This document shows positions 1 to 4,719 of a stretch of DNA of 4,719 bases, piece by piece. A program made the position numbers and the translations under genes. The notes under the pieces were generated by a model. The model made no database searches and had not been told where the DNA came from. It saw only the letters and a program-made list of their open reading frames with translations. Origin of the DNA: a virus (taxonomy: Duplodnaviria; Heunggongvirae; Uroviricota; Caudoviricetes); IMG/VR virus record IMGVR_UViG_2660238209_000006; one strand, given 5' to 3'. The stretch's first letter is position 1; every line of letters starts with the position of its first letter.

Positions 1-128
<128 letters not shown>

Positions 129-274
129 CGGCGATTACCCCCCTCGCTGGTTTTTCTTTCTTAAACAGTTCCAAATCACCGCCACTCCTCCACCGTCCGG
201 TACGGTGGAACCGACGCCTGTGGTGCAAGTCTGCGAATACGTTCAAGAACCCCGGCTGCCGCAATGTTTTTCAT
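129..274 (-). pseudogene. Frame-disrupted 5' end of the gene downstream of the replication initiator (possible DnaC/P-like helicase loader), truncated by the poly(T)
   Basis: Minus-strand ATG at 272-274 lies 6 nt after the stop of the upstream replication gene (TGA at 281-283) with a G-rich RBS-like stretch before it. It translates as MKNIAAAGVLERIRRLAPQASVPPYRTVEEWR, then stops at 176-178. A different frame continues open as DLELFKKEKPARGVIA into the poly(T). The DnaC-like call is from memory of the DnaC N-terminus (MKN start, EELLAWQKEQ-like stretch) and is weak. Confidence 0.3.
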
Positions 275-280
275 GCCACA

Positions 281-1357
281 TCACCCCCTGAATCCCGGCG
301 GAATTTCGGTATCCGGTTCAGAAATATGATTCACACAACGCTGGTTGTTCGTGCCGCTTACCGGGAGCAACCAGGGGTTTTCAAAATTCCGGTCCGGCCC
401 AAAAAACGTCGTCGCTCGCTGAACAAATTCCGTTCCCGTTTTCCCGGTAGCCGCCAGGTATCTTGCGTAACGCCTCACACCATCCAGTATGGCCTCTGGT
501 GGCACCCCCTCGCGTAATCTGGCCTTCCAGGCACTGAAAGCGGATTTCTTCGGGTTTGCCCCAGCACGCAACGGGTACTCCCGCCAGACCTGTTCGAACA
601 CATCCGGATAATCCACTCGTCCCACAGACTGACCGGTGTTTTCCGGGACTACCCGATCGGCTTCCCGCTGAATGGCGGAATCGGCTTCAGGCTGCTGAAG
701 TTGGTGTGATTGCTCCTGCCTTGCGGTCATCACCTGCTGCACAGCGCCCGAATCGGCTTTCAGCGCATACGCTGAATCGGCTTCCGGTGTCGTGCCTGCT
801 GGCTGACCAGGATTGACGGTCTGAACATCCCCTGCCTGGTTCGTGGCGTTTTTTACGCCATGGACCATAGTGTTTTGATCTTCTTGATCTGTATCTTTAT
901 CTGTATCTTTATCTGTCGTGACTCGTCGTGACATGTGCGTGACATTTCGTGACTCGCCGTGACAATCGCCATTTTGTTCCCGCTTTCTTTCCCTCTCTCG
1001 CTGCGCCCTCTTGCGCTCTGCCGGAGATTTTGCGGTTTGCGAAATATTGCCGTTGTCCTCTTTCAGCACCTGGCGTTTTTCCCATCCAGTGATTAAATCA
1101 CCATCAAGTACCCGCCCCTGCATCGTCTGCAAAATTGAATCAATTACCTCTTCTGTCACGTCGAGCGCACTTGCCAAATCTTCTGTCGTGACATCAATGT
1201 GACCTCGCGTGACATTTCGTGACGCGCTCACCAGGAGGTGGATATACACTGCCATCACTGTTGCAATTGGCTGCCCTGACACCCTGGCAATTGTTCGCCA
1301 CTTAGGGTCATTTGGCATGTCATGCCATAATCTGAGCCAGGCGTTAGCCATACTCAC
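281..1357 (-). CDS. Phage replication initiation protein (YdaU / O-like replisome organiser), 358 aa
   Basis: Supplied ORF with RBS GAGG 5 nt upstream of the ATG at 1355-1357. It sits directly after the CII-like gene in the rightward early operon. Phased iteron-like repeats lie inside the coding sequence, as in lambda O. The next gene is coupled 6 nt downstream. The N-terminal PKWRTIARVSGQP...YIHLLVSAS motif resembles Rac YdaU-type proteins from memory. Confidence 0.8.
   Translation of the reverse strand: MSMANAWLRLWHDMPNDPKWRTIARVSGQPIATVMAVYIHLLVSASRNVTRGHIDVTTEDLASALDVTEEVIDSILQTMQGRVLDGDLITGWEKRQVLKEDNGNISQTAKSPAERKRAQRERERKREQNGDCHGESRNVTHMSRRVTTDKDTDKDTDQEDQNTMVHGVKNATNQAGDVQTVNPGQPAGTTPEADSAYALKADSGAVQQVMTARQEQSHQLQQPEADSAIQREADRVVPENTGQSVGRVDYPDVFEQVWREYPLRAGANPKKSAFSAWKARLREGVPPEAILDGVRRYARYLAATGKTGTEFVQRATTFFGPDRNFENPWLLPVSGTNNQRCVNHISEPDTEIPPGFRG
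889..963. repeat. Putative replication origin core: tandem 12-mer (CTGTATCTTTAT x2, 889-912) followed by five helically phased CGTGAC iterons
   Basis: Directly seen: CGTGAC begins at 917, 927, 938, 948 and 958, spaced 10-11 bp, immediately after an AT-rich tandem repeat. The array lies inside the initiator gene in the segment encoding ...SRNVTHMSRRVTTDKDTDKDTD. Confidence 0.5.
1155..1223. repeat. Second iteron-like cluster inside the initiator gene, including an exact 17-bp direct repeat of the ori core
   Basis: GCGTGACATTTCGTGAC occurs exactly at 937-953 and at 1207-1223, 270 bp apart and in frame; both copies encode SRNVT. CGTGAC or its partial form also begins at 1187, about 1198, 1208 and 1218, with an inverted copy GTCACG at 1155-1160. 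Confidence 0.4.
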
Positions 1358-1422
1358 CTCTTCTGATACCGAATCTTTTTACTCACGAGTTGCCGGAAGC
1401 GATTCGATACGGCTATTGTCAG

Positions 1423-1848
1423 TCAATGTACTGCCACAGCATTTCCTGCCGGGCCACCACGGTTCATCTGATTGAAACCGGCGATTGCCACTGCGACAAA
1501 ATCATCAGCGTCTCTCACCAGTCGCTCCCGCGTCTCCACCAGCTCCCGAAAATAAGCTGAACTGTGGCTGCGCATTCTGGCCACCAGCAAAGGTGGCATT
1601 GCCTTTTCGATCGCTGGTAACAACGCCTGAATTTTTTCAACTGCATCAGGGGTGTCTTTCTCTACCCAGCGGAAAATTTTCTGGGTATTGCGAGCCAGGG
1701 CTTCCGGATGGCTGTCGTCATACAGTTCAGGAAACGTCATACCCAACTCAAAATAAGCCTGGGTTATTCCAGCTGCTGGAACTTTTTCGCCATCAGGACG
1801 CGCCCAGGCATTCATCGCCATGCGGATGTGTTCATGCTTGATTTTCAT
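1423..1848 (-). CDS. YdaT-like / CII-like early regulatory protein, 141 aa
   Basis: Supplied ORF with RBS AGGAG 8 nt upstream of the ATG. Its start overlaps the 3' end of the Cro-like gene by 17 nt, indicating an operon. Position between cro-like and replication genes matches lambdoid cII / Rac ydaT. The MKIKHEHI start resembles the YdaT family from memory. Confidence 0.65.
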   Translation of the reverse strand: MKIKHEHIRMAMNAWARPDGEKVPAAGITQAYFELGMTFPELYDDSHPEALARNTQKIFRWVEKDTPDAVEKIQALLPAIEKAMPPLLVARMRSHSSAYFRELVETRERLVRDADDFVAVAIAGFNQMNRGGPAGNAVAVH

Positions 1849-2113
1849 GAATCAAGCTCCTAGTAAGTGGTTGTGTTAACGTTTTGGTATCTTCCAGCTC
1901 GGGCCAAATATTCATCCAATCAAAAGGCCTTAGTTGCTGACGTGTAACTTCACCATTACTGGCTCGCTCAATAAGGACACATAACGATGCCCCTAACATT
2001 TGACCTTTACTCAATGCCTTTCTTAGATAACCGATGCTAGTACCACACTCACATGCAAACATACGCTGTTCATCTGACGAAAGAGAATTGAGAAATATTC
2101 TTAATTCTTCCAT
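1832..2113 (-). CDS. Cro / YdaS-like helix-turn-helix regulator, 93 aa
   Basis: Supplied ORF with RBS AGGAG 5 nt upstream of the ATG at 2111-2113. It is divergent from the repressor gene across an operator-bearing intergenic region. The segment CGTSIGYLRKAL is HTH-like. Confidence 0.75.
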   Translation of the reverse strand: MEELRIFLNSLSSDEQRMFACECGTSIGYLRKALSKGQMLGASLCVLIERASNGEVTRQQLRPFDWMNIWPELEDTKTLTQPLTRSLIHENQA

Positions 2114-2137
2114 AGCTACTCCTTAGTAAACACAGCA

Positions 2138-2165
2138 AGAATACCCACAGGTAAACAAAAGTCAA
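2138..2165 (-). promoter_or_regulatory. Candidate pR-type promoter for the cro-like operon
   Basis: On the minus strand: -35 TTGACT (plus 2160-2165), 16-nt spacer, -10 TATTCT (plus 2138-2143), giving a 5' UTR of roughly 20 nt before the ATG at 2113. The -10 overlaps OR1 and the -35 abuts OR2. Confidence 0.5.
2142..2153. promoter_or_regulatory. Operator OR1 candidate (TACCCACAGGTA)
   Basis: A 12-bp site with TACCC and GGTA half-sites, a near-match to the perfect palindrome TACCCATGGGTA found twice downstream of the repressor gene. It overlaps the candidate pR -10. Confidence 0.55.
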
Positions 2166-2177
2166 TACCCTTGGGTT
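2166..2177. promoter_or_regulatory. Operator OR2 candidate (TACCCTTGGGTT)
   Basis: Matches the TACCC-N2-GGGT pattern, 24 bp centre-to-centre from OR1. A 9-bp inverted repeat GGTAAACAA (2150-2158) / TTGTTTACC (2176-2184) also spans this region. Confidence 0.55.
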
Positions 2178-2220
2178 GTTTACCTTGCGGTAATCGCATC
2201 TATTATTTACCTATGGACAA
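2176..2220 (+). promoter_or_regulatory. Candidate pRM-type promoter giving a leaderless repressor mRNA, with a weak OR3-like site
   Basis: -10 TATTAT at 2201-2206 ends 6 nt before the repressor ATG at 2213, with only a weak -35 (TTTACC / TTGTTT around 2176-2184) and no Shine-Dalgarno. This is analogous to leaderless lambda cI from pRM. TACCTATGGACA (2208-2219) is a 3-mismatch operator-like site overlapping the start codon. Confidence 0.4.
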
Positions 2221-2632
2221 ATATGAATTTAGACGACAACAACTCATCAAAATTCGTGATGAGAAATGCGATGGTAAAGCGGTTAACGTGGCCAGAAAGA
2301 TCGGTCGCGAGCCTTCTTATGTATCAAGAATGTTGTACCCAGAGGGGAAAAAAGGAAAAAAACGGATCGCTGATGATATGGTGGAGATTATAGAAGAGTC
2401 CTTTGGGTTACCCCGGGGATGGATGGATGGTATCGTTTCATCATCAACGAACACAGCCTCCAATTATGAAACAAGGGTTCTAACGCCACGACAACGTATT
2501 TTTTTAGATCTCTTAGACGAACTGCCAGAAAGTGAAGCGGATAACTTATTAAAAACTCTTGAAGAGAAAAAACAGTATTACAATATGATCTACGAAGAAA
2601 TCCGTAAAAAGAAAGCACAAAACGCATCATAA
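2213..2632 (+). CDS. Prophage repressor (RacR / CI-like functional analogue), HTH N-terminus, 139 aa
   Basis: Open frame from 2171, but the first ATG is at 2213 directly behind a -10 element. The translation MDKYEFRRQQ...GKAVNVARKIGREPSYVSRML has an HTH-like segment. No obvious S24 peptidase Ser/Lys motifs were seen in the C-terminal half. It is divergent from the cro-like gene and flanked on both sides by the same palindromic operator motif. Confidence 0.75.
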   Translation: MDKYEFRRQQLIKIRDEKCDGKAVNVARKIGREPSYVSRMLYPEGKKGKKRIADDMVEIIEESFGLPRGWMDGIVSSSTNTASNYETRVLTPRQRIFLDLLDELPESEADNLLKTLEEKKQYYNMIYEEIRKKKAQNAS

Positions 2633-2674
2633 CTCACCAAACAACCAGTCACCAGTTAAGACACATCAAAAAAT

Positions 2675-2686
2675 TACCCATGGGTA
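2675..2686. promoter_or_regulatory. Operator OL1: perfect 12-bp palindrome TACCCATGGGTA
   Basis: Directly seen; the site is its own reverse complement. It lies 43 bp after the repressor stop. Confidence 0.7.
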
Positions 2687-2699
2687 TTTACTTTTTAAA

Positions 2700-2711
2700 T
2701 ACCCATGGGTA
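2700..2711. promoter_or_regulatory. Operator OL2: second perfect copy of TACCCATGGGTA
   Basis: Identical 12-mer, 25 bp centre-to-centre from OL1. The intervening AT-rich TTTACTTTTTAAA and the following TATCCT (2710-2715) could supply -35/-10 elements for a rightward pL-type promoter. Confidence 0.7.
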
Positions 2712-2897
2712 TCCTTCCTTTCATACCAACCCACCCCGTCCCACAGAACGCAGGGCAATACTTCGAGTTACCAGGCAGTGGTCAGGGGGTAAGTAGCCAG
2801 CCCGAGGCGTAAGAACATGACGGCAGGGTTCAACTTTAATAACTATGCAGCAGGTTTTTGTTCCGCTACCCCGGCGTTAAGGGGAAATGAGGTCAGC

Positions 2898-3050
2898 ATG
2901 GATACTATCGATCTTGGCAACAGCGAATCTCTGGTATGCGGCGTGTTTCCCAACCAGGACGGTACGTTTACCGCGATGACGTATACCAAAAGTAAAACGT
3001 TTAAAACCGAAGCTGGCGCGCATCGCTGGTTAGCAAGAAACTCCGACTGA
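2898..3050 (+). CDS. Small YdaF-like (DUF1391-like) protein, 50 aa; possible longer form starting at 2817
   Basis: ATG at 2898 is preceded by GAGG with a 5-nt spacer and translates as MDTIDLGNSESLVCGVFPNQDGTFTAMTYTKSKTFKTEAGAHRWLARNSD. The stop TGA (3048-3050) overlaps the next gene's ATG (3050-3052). Resemblance to Rac YdaF is from memory. The in-frame ATG at 2817 has a weaker RBS. Confidence 0.55.
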   Translation: MDTIDLGNSESLVCGVFPNQDGTFTAMTYTKSKTFKTEAGAHRWLARNSD

Positions 3051-3061
3051 TGAGGTTGACG

Positions 3062-3700
3062 ATGGAATTTAAAGATTTACCTCCTTCAATCCAGGAGATT
3101 GCAGCACACACACTTCGTCATCGTCTGAACGAACTTGAATTGGAATCGGTAACGAAAAAAGACACTGATAATATGGCTCGTAATGTGCGCGATGCGTTTA
3201 CCGGATTGTATTTCTGTGCGTCTATAAATAAACACGACTCAGAGAGTGTGGCAAATAAAATTGCAGAAACGACAGCGCAAAACATCAATACGAAACCAAC
3301 GGAAGAAGAAATTGATCAGTTTGCTCATGATGCTGGTTTAAAAAACAAGAAAGAAAAATCGCCATATGCGGGGAACATGTTTGTTTATGACAATCTCATC
3401 AGAATTCGTGGCGAAATTCCGGCGGAATACCTGGCAAGAGTCCATCAGGCATTGCTTAAAAATTTGGAAACAGAATTATTTGATGGCAACACTAACGGTT
3501 TCTTCATGGTATCAGGCCTTGATAAAGACTGGGATGCAGAAAAACGCTGGAATGTTGCTACATGGTTATTCAGTAACAGAGCCGCTGCACTGGAAGCTTC
3601 GGCATGTATTTGCGGCCTGTTCTTAACAGACCACAAATATAATCTGGATGTGTACAGTTATATTTACGCTGAACACGGTCCACTCTGGATTGACTGGTAA
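3062..3700 (+). CDS. Uncharacterised protein, about 212 aa (216 aa if started at 3050); no family recognised
   Basis: Long supplied ORF. ATG at 3062 has GAGG 6 nt upstream; the alternative ATG at 3050 overlaps the upstream stop (TGATG). No transmembrane stretch, P-loop or nuclease motif was recognised by eye. It is the second gene downstream of the OL-type operators. Confidence 0.7.
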   Translation: MEFKDLPPSIQEIAAHTLRHRLNELELESVTKKDTDNMARNVRDAFTGLYFCASINKHDSESVANKIAETTAQNINTKPTEEEIDQFAHDAGLKNKKEKSPYAGNMFVYDNLIRIRGEIPAEYLARVHQALLKNLETELFDGNTNGFFMVSGLDKDWDAEKRWNVATWLFSNRAAALEASACICGLFLTDHKYNLDVYSYIYAEHGPLWIDW

Positions 3701-3910
3701 TTATAAGGAAACACCAGCAGGGCCGCGGCGACCAACAGAACGATTAAAATCAATAATGCCATTATAAAGGACATTATTTAATTTATCGTCGAATGCTGAT
3801 TCTGTGAGCCTCAACTCTGAATGAGTTTTTAATAACCCTGATTGCCTGAGTTGATTTACCAGGCATTCAATCTGTTTTTCAATAAGCGGATTTCTTTTTT
3901 TGTTTGGCAT
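3701..3910 (-). CDS. Small basic hypothetical protein, 69 aa (73 aa from the upstream ATG at 3920-3922)
   Basis: Minus-strand ORF with a strong RBS GGAGGA 5 nt before the ATG at 3908-3910. Translation starts MPNKKRNPLIEKQIECLVNQLRQSG.... It sits in a visibly AT-rich island, and its stop codon (3701-3703) directly abuts the stop of the convergent 212-aa gene (3698-3700), forming TAATTA. Confidence 0.5.
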   Translation of the reverse strand: MPNKKRNPLIEKQIECLVNQLRQSGLLKTHSELRLTESAFDDKLNNVLYNGIIDFNRSVGRRGPAGVSL

Positions 3911-3922
3911 TTTATCCTCCAT

Positions 3923-4432
3923 TGAGGTTCTGGGTTAAAAATGGAGACCAACACGCTGTCACGTGTGGTCGTGCGCCGGACACGGATAAGAATCCGGTAC
4001 TGACAGTTTACTGAAAGGATATTTCCCTGAAAAGTCAGGGCATAACGCGAAAGCGTACGGCGAAGCTCTTTCCCTTAGAAGGCTTGTCGTTAGATTTCTT
4101 CGAACGTGCGCTTCCGGTTGTGGCACTCCGCGAAATGGCGCGGCGGTAAGTATGGCGGGGTTATTCCTTCCCCGTTGAGGACACCGGGTTGTCAGGTTGA
4201 CCATACGCTTAAGTGACAACCCCGCTGCAACGCCCTCTGTTATCAATTTTCTGGTGACGTTTGGCGGTATCAGTTTTACTCCGTGGCTGCTCTGCCGCCC
4301 TTTTTAAAGTGAATTTTGTGATGCGGTGAATGCGGCTAAGCGCACGCGGAACAGTTAAAACAAGCGGTCTTTTACGGGCGTAACGGGAATGCTCTGTATC
4401 CGGCGTTAATTGTTAACTGGTTAACGTCACCT
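3923..4432. other. GC-rich, hairpin-dense region with no convincing CDS; candidate structured RNA or decayed gene remnant
   Basis: No ORF with a plausible start or RBS; the 95-aa minus ORF is Arg/Pro-rich junk-like. Local hairpins: CCCTGA-AAAG-TCAGGG (4025-4040), ACGC-GAAA-GCGT (4045-4056), CCGCG-AAATGG-CGCGG (4128-4143), CGGGG-loop-CCCCG (4156-4174), and a 9-bp stem GGGTTGTCA / TGACAACCC (4186-4194 / 4214-4222). Confidence 0.25.
4186..4222. repeat. Perfect 9-bp inverted repeat with a 19-nt loop (GGGTTGTCA ... TGACAACCC)
   Basis: Directly seen. A perfect 9-bp inverted repeat at this spacing is unlikely by chance in about 500 bp. Function is unknown (RNA hairpin or protein-binding site). Confidence 0.5.
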
Positions 4433-4719
4433 TGAACCGCCCCGGGTTTCCTGGAGAGTGTTTTATCTGTGAACTCAGGCTGCCAGATCATCGTTTCCGA
4501 TGGAAGCATAATAAGCTTTTTCTGCTTCTGCCGGAGGAGTATGGCCCAGCCTTCCCAGCAATCGTCGATTGTTATACCAGTCCACCCACGTTAGTGTGGC
4601 CAGTTCCACTTCTGCACGGTTTTTCCAGCTCTTACGGTGTATTACCTCCGCTTTGTAAAGACCATTGATGCTCTCAGCCATCGCGTTGTCATACGAGTCG
4701 CCTGTACTCCCTGTTGATG
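4433..4719 (-). mobile_element. IS3-family insertion sequence (IS629 / IS1203-like), right terminus and 3' part, continuing beyond the window
   Basis: Terminal sequence TGAACCGCCCCGGGTTTCCTGGAGAG starting at 4433 matches IS629-type terminal inverted repeats from memory (TG terminus). An IS3-family OrfB C-terminus is encoded immediately inside it. Confidence 0.8.
4475..4719 (-). CDS. IS3-family transposase OrfB, C-terminal fragment (N-terminus lies outside the window)
   Basis: The minus-strand frame is open to the window edge: ...STGDSYDNAMAESINGLYKAEVIHRKSWKNRAEVELATLTWVDWYNNRRLLGRLGHTPPAEAEKAYYASIGNDDLAA, stop at 4475-4477. The DNAxAES...LK.E and WYNNRR(L)H motifs are typical of the IS3-family integrase C-terminus. 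The supplied 68-aa ORF is only the part after an internal Met. Confidence 0.85.
   Translation of the reverse strand, partial: STGSTGDSYDNAMAESINGLYKAEVIHRKSWKNRAEVELATLTWVDWYNNRRLLGRLGHTPPAEAEKAYYASIGNDDLAA

Larger units (their letters stand above)
2674..2715 (+). promoter_or_regulatory. Candidate pL-type early-left promoter overlapping OL1/OL2
   Basis: Possible -35 TTTACT (2687-2692) and -10 TATCCT (2710-2715) with a 17-nt spacer, or TTACCC / TAAATA alternatives. Orientation is inferred from the downstream plus-strand genes. Hexamers are weak, so the exact promoter is uncertain. Confidence 0.35.

Noticed and set aside
326-1475. Plus-strand ORFs 326-517, 556-816, 1011-1202 and 1209-1475 from the six-frame track
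   Set aside because: All lie antisense within, or overlap, the 358-aa replication gene. They lack convincing RBSs and have low-complexity Pro/Arg/Ser-rich translations typical of antisense frames in GC-rich coding DNA.
1485-1841. Plus-strand 118-aa ORF
   Set aside because: Entirely antisense to the YdaT/CII-like gene, whose operon context and RBS are much better supported.
2171-2212. N-terminal extension of the repressor ORF (MGCLPCGNRIYYLP...)
   Set aside because: The extension would begin inside OR2 and pass through the pRM-like -10 element. An ATG at 2213 directly behind the -10 fits a leaderless repressor transcript better.
2388-2630. Minus-strand 80-aa ORF
   Set aside because: Antisense within the repressor gene; no RBS and no supporting context.
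3366-3636. ORFs 3366-3626 (+) and 3445-3636 (-)
   Set aside because: Both are nested in alternative frames within the 212-aa gene and are most likely spurious.
3698-3740. Bidirectional rho-independent terminator between the convergent genes
   Set aside because: The stop codons abut directly, and the only GC-rich palindromic bit (GGCCGCGGC, about 3720-3730) lies inside the minus-strand coding sequence with no flanking T/A runs.
4041-4066. Group II intron domain V (GNRA hairpin ACGC-GAAA-GCGT)
   Set aside because: The stem does not extend to the 10+ bp bulged helix with AGC triad expected for domain V, and no intron-encoded reverse transcriptase ORF is present.
4025-4074. Possible lambda-type nut site (boxB-like hairpin CCCTGA-AAAG-TCAGGG and boxA-like GCTCTTTCC)
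   Set aside because: The loop and stem do not match boxB (GCCCUGAAAAAGGGC), the boxA-like element lies downstream rather than upstream of the hairpin, and no N-like gene is visible. Resemblance is too loose.
3959-4246. Minus-strand 95-aa ORF
   Set aside because: Arg/Pro-rich, low-complexity translation in GC-rich sequence with no RBS. Both plus-strand frames are also open over the same stretch, as expected for non-coding GC-rich DNA. Treated as part of the structured non-coding region.
4432-4668. Plus-strand 78-aa ORF
   Set aside because: Antisense to the IS3-family transposase OrfB frame, which has clear family motifs.

Overview
This window reads as the immunity and replication core of a lambdoid (Rac / CP-933R-like) prophage, interrupted on the right by an IS3-family element. 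Left to right: a 128-nt poly(T) tract that is almost certainly an artefact or mask (1-128); the frame-disrupted 5' end of a gene coupled to the replication gene (129-274, minus); a replication-initiator-like gene with internal iteron arrays (281-1357, minus); a YdaT/CII-like gene (1423-1848, minus); a Cro/YdaS-like HTH gene (1832-2113, minus); a divergent OR-type control region with palindromic operators (about 2138-2220); a repressor gene (2213-2632, plus); two perfect copies of the 12-bp palindrome TACCCATGGGTA forming an OL-type operator pair (2675-2711); a small YdaF-like ORF (2898-3050, plus) translationally coupled to an unrecognised ~212-aa protein (3062-3700, plus); a convergent small basic ORF in an AT-rich island (3701-3910, minus); a GC-rich, hairpin-dense stretch without convincing coding signal (3923-4432); and the terminus plus transposase 3' end of an IS629-like element running off the window (4433-4719, minus). 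The best candidate for an undescribed system is the cargo between the repressor and the IS (2898-4432), which sits where lambdoid prophages carry exclusion or anti-host genes. All family assignments are from reading the translations and motifs by eye; no database search was run.
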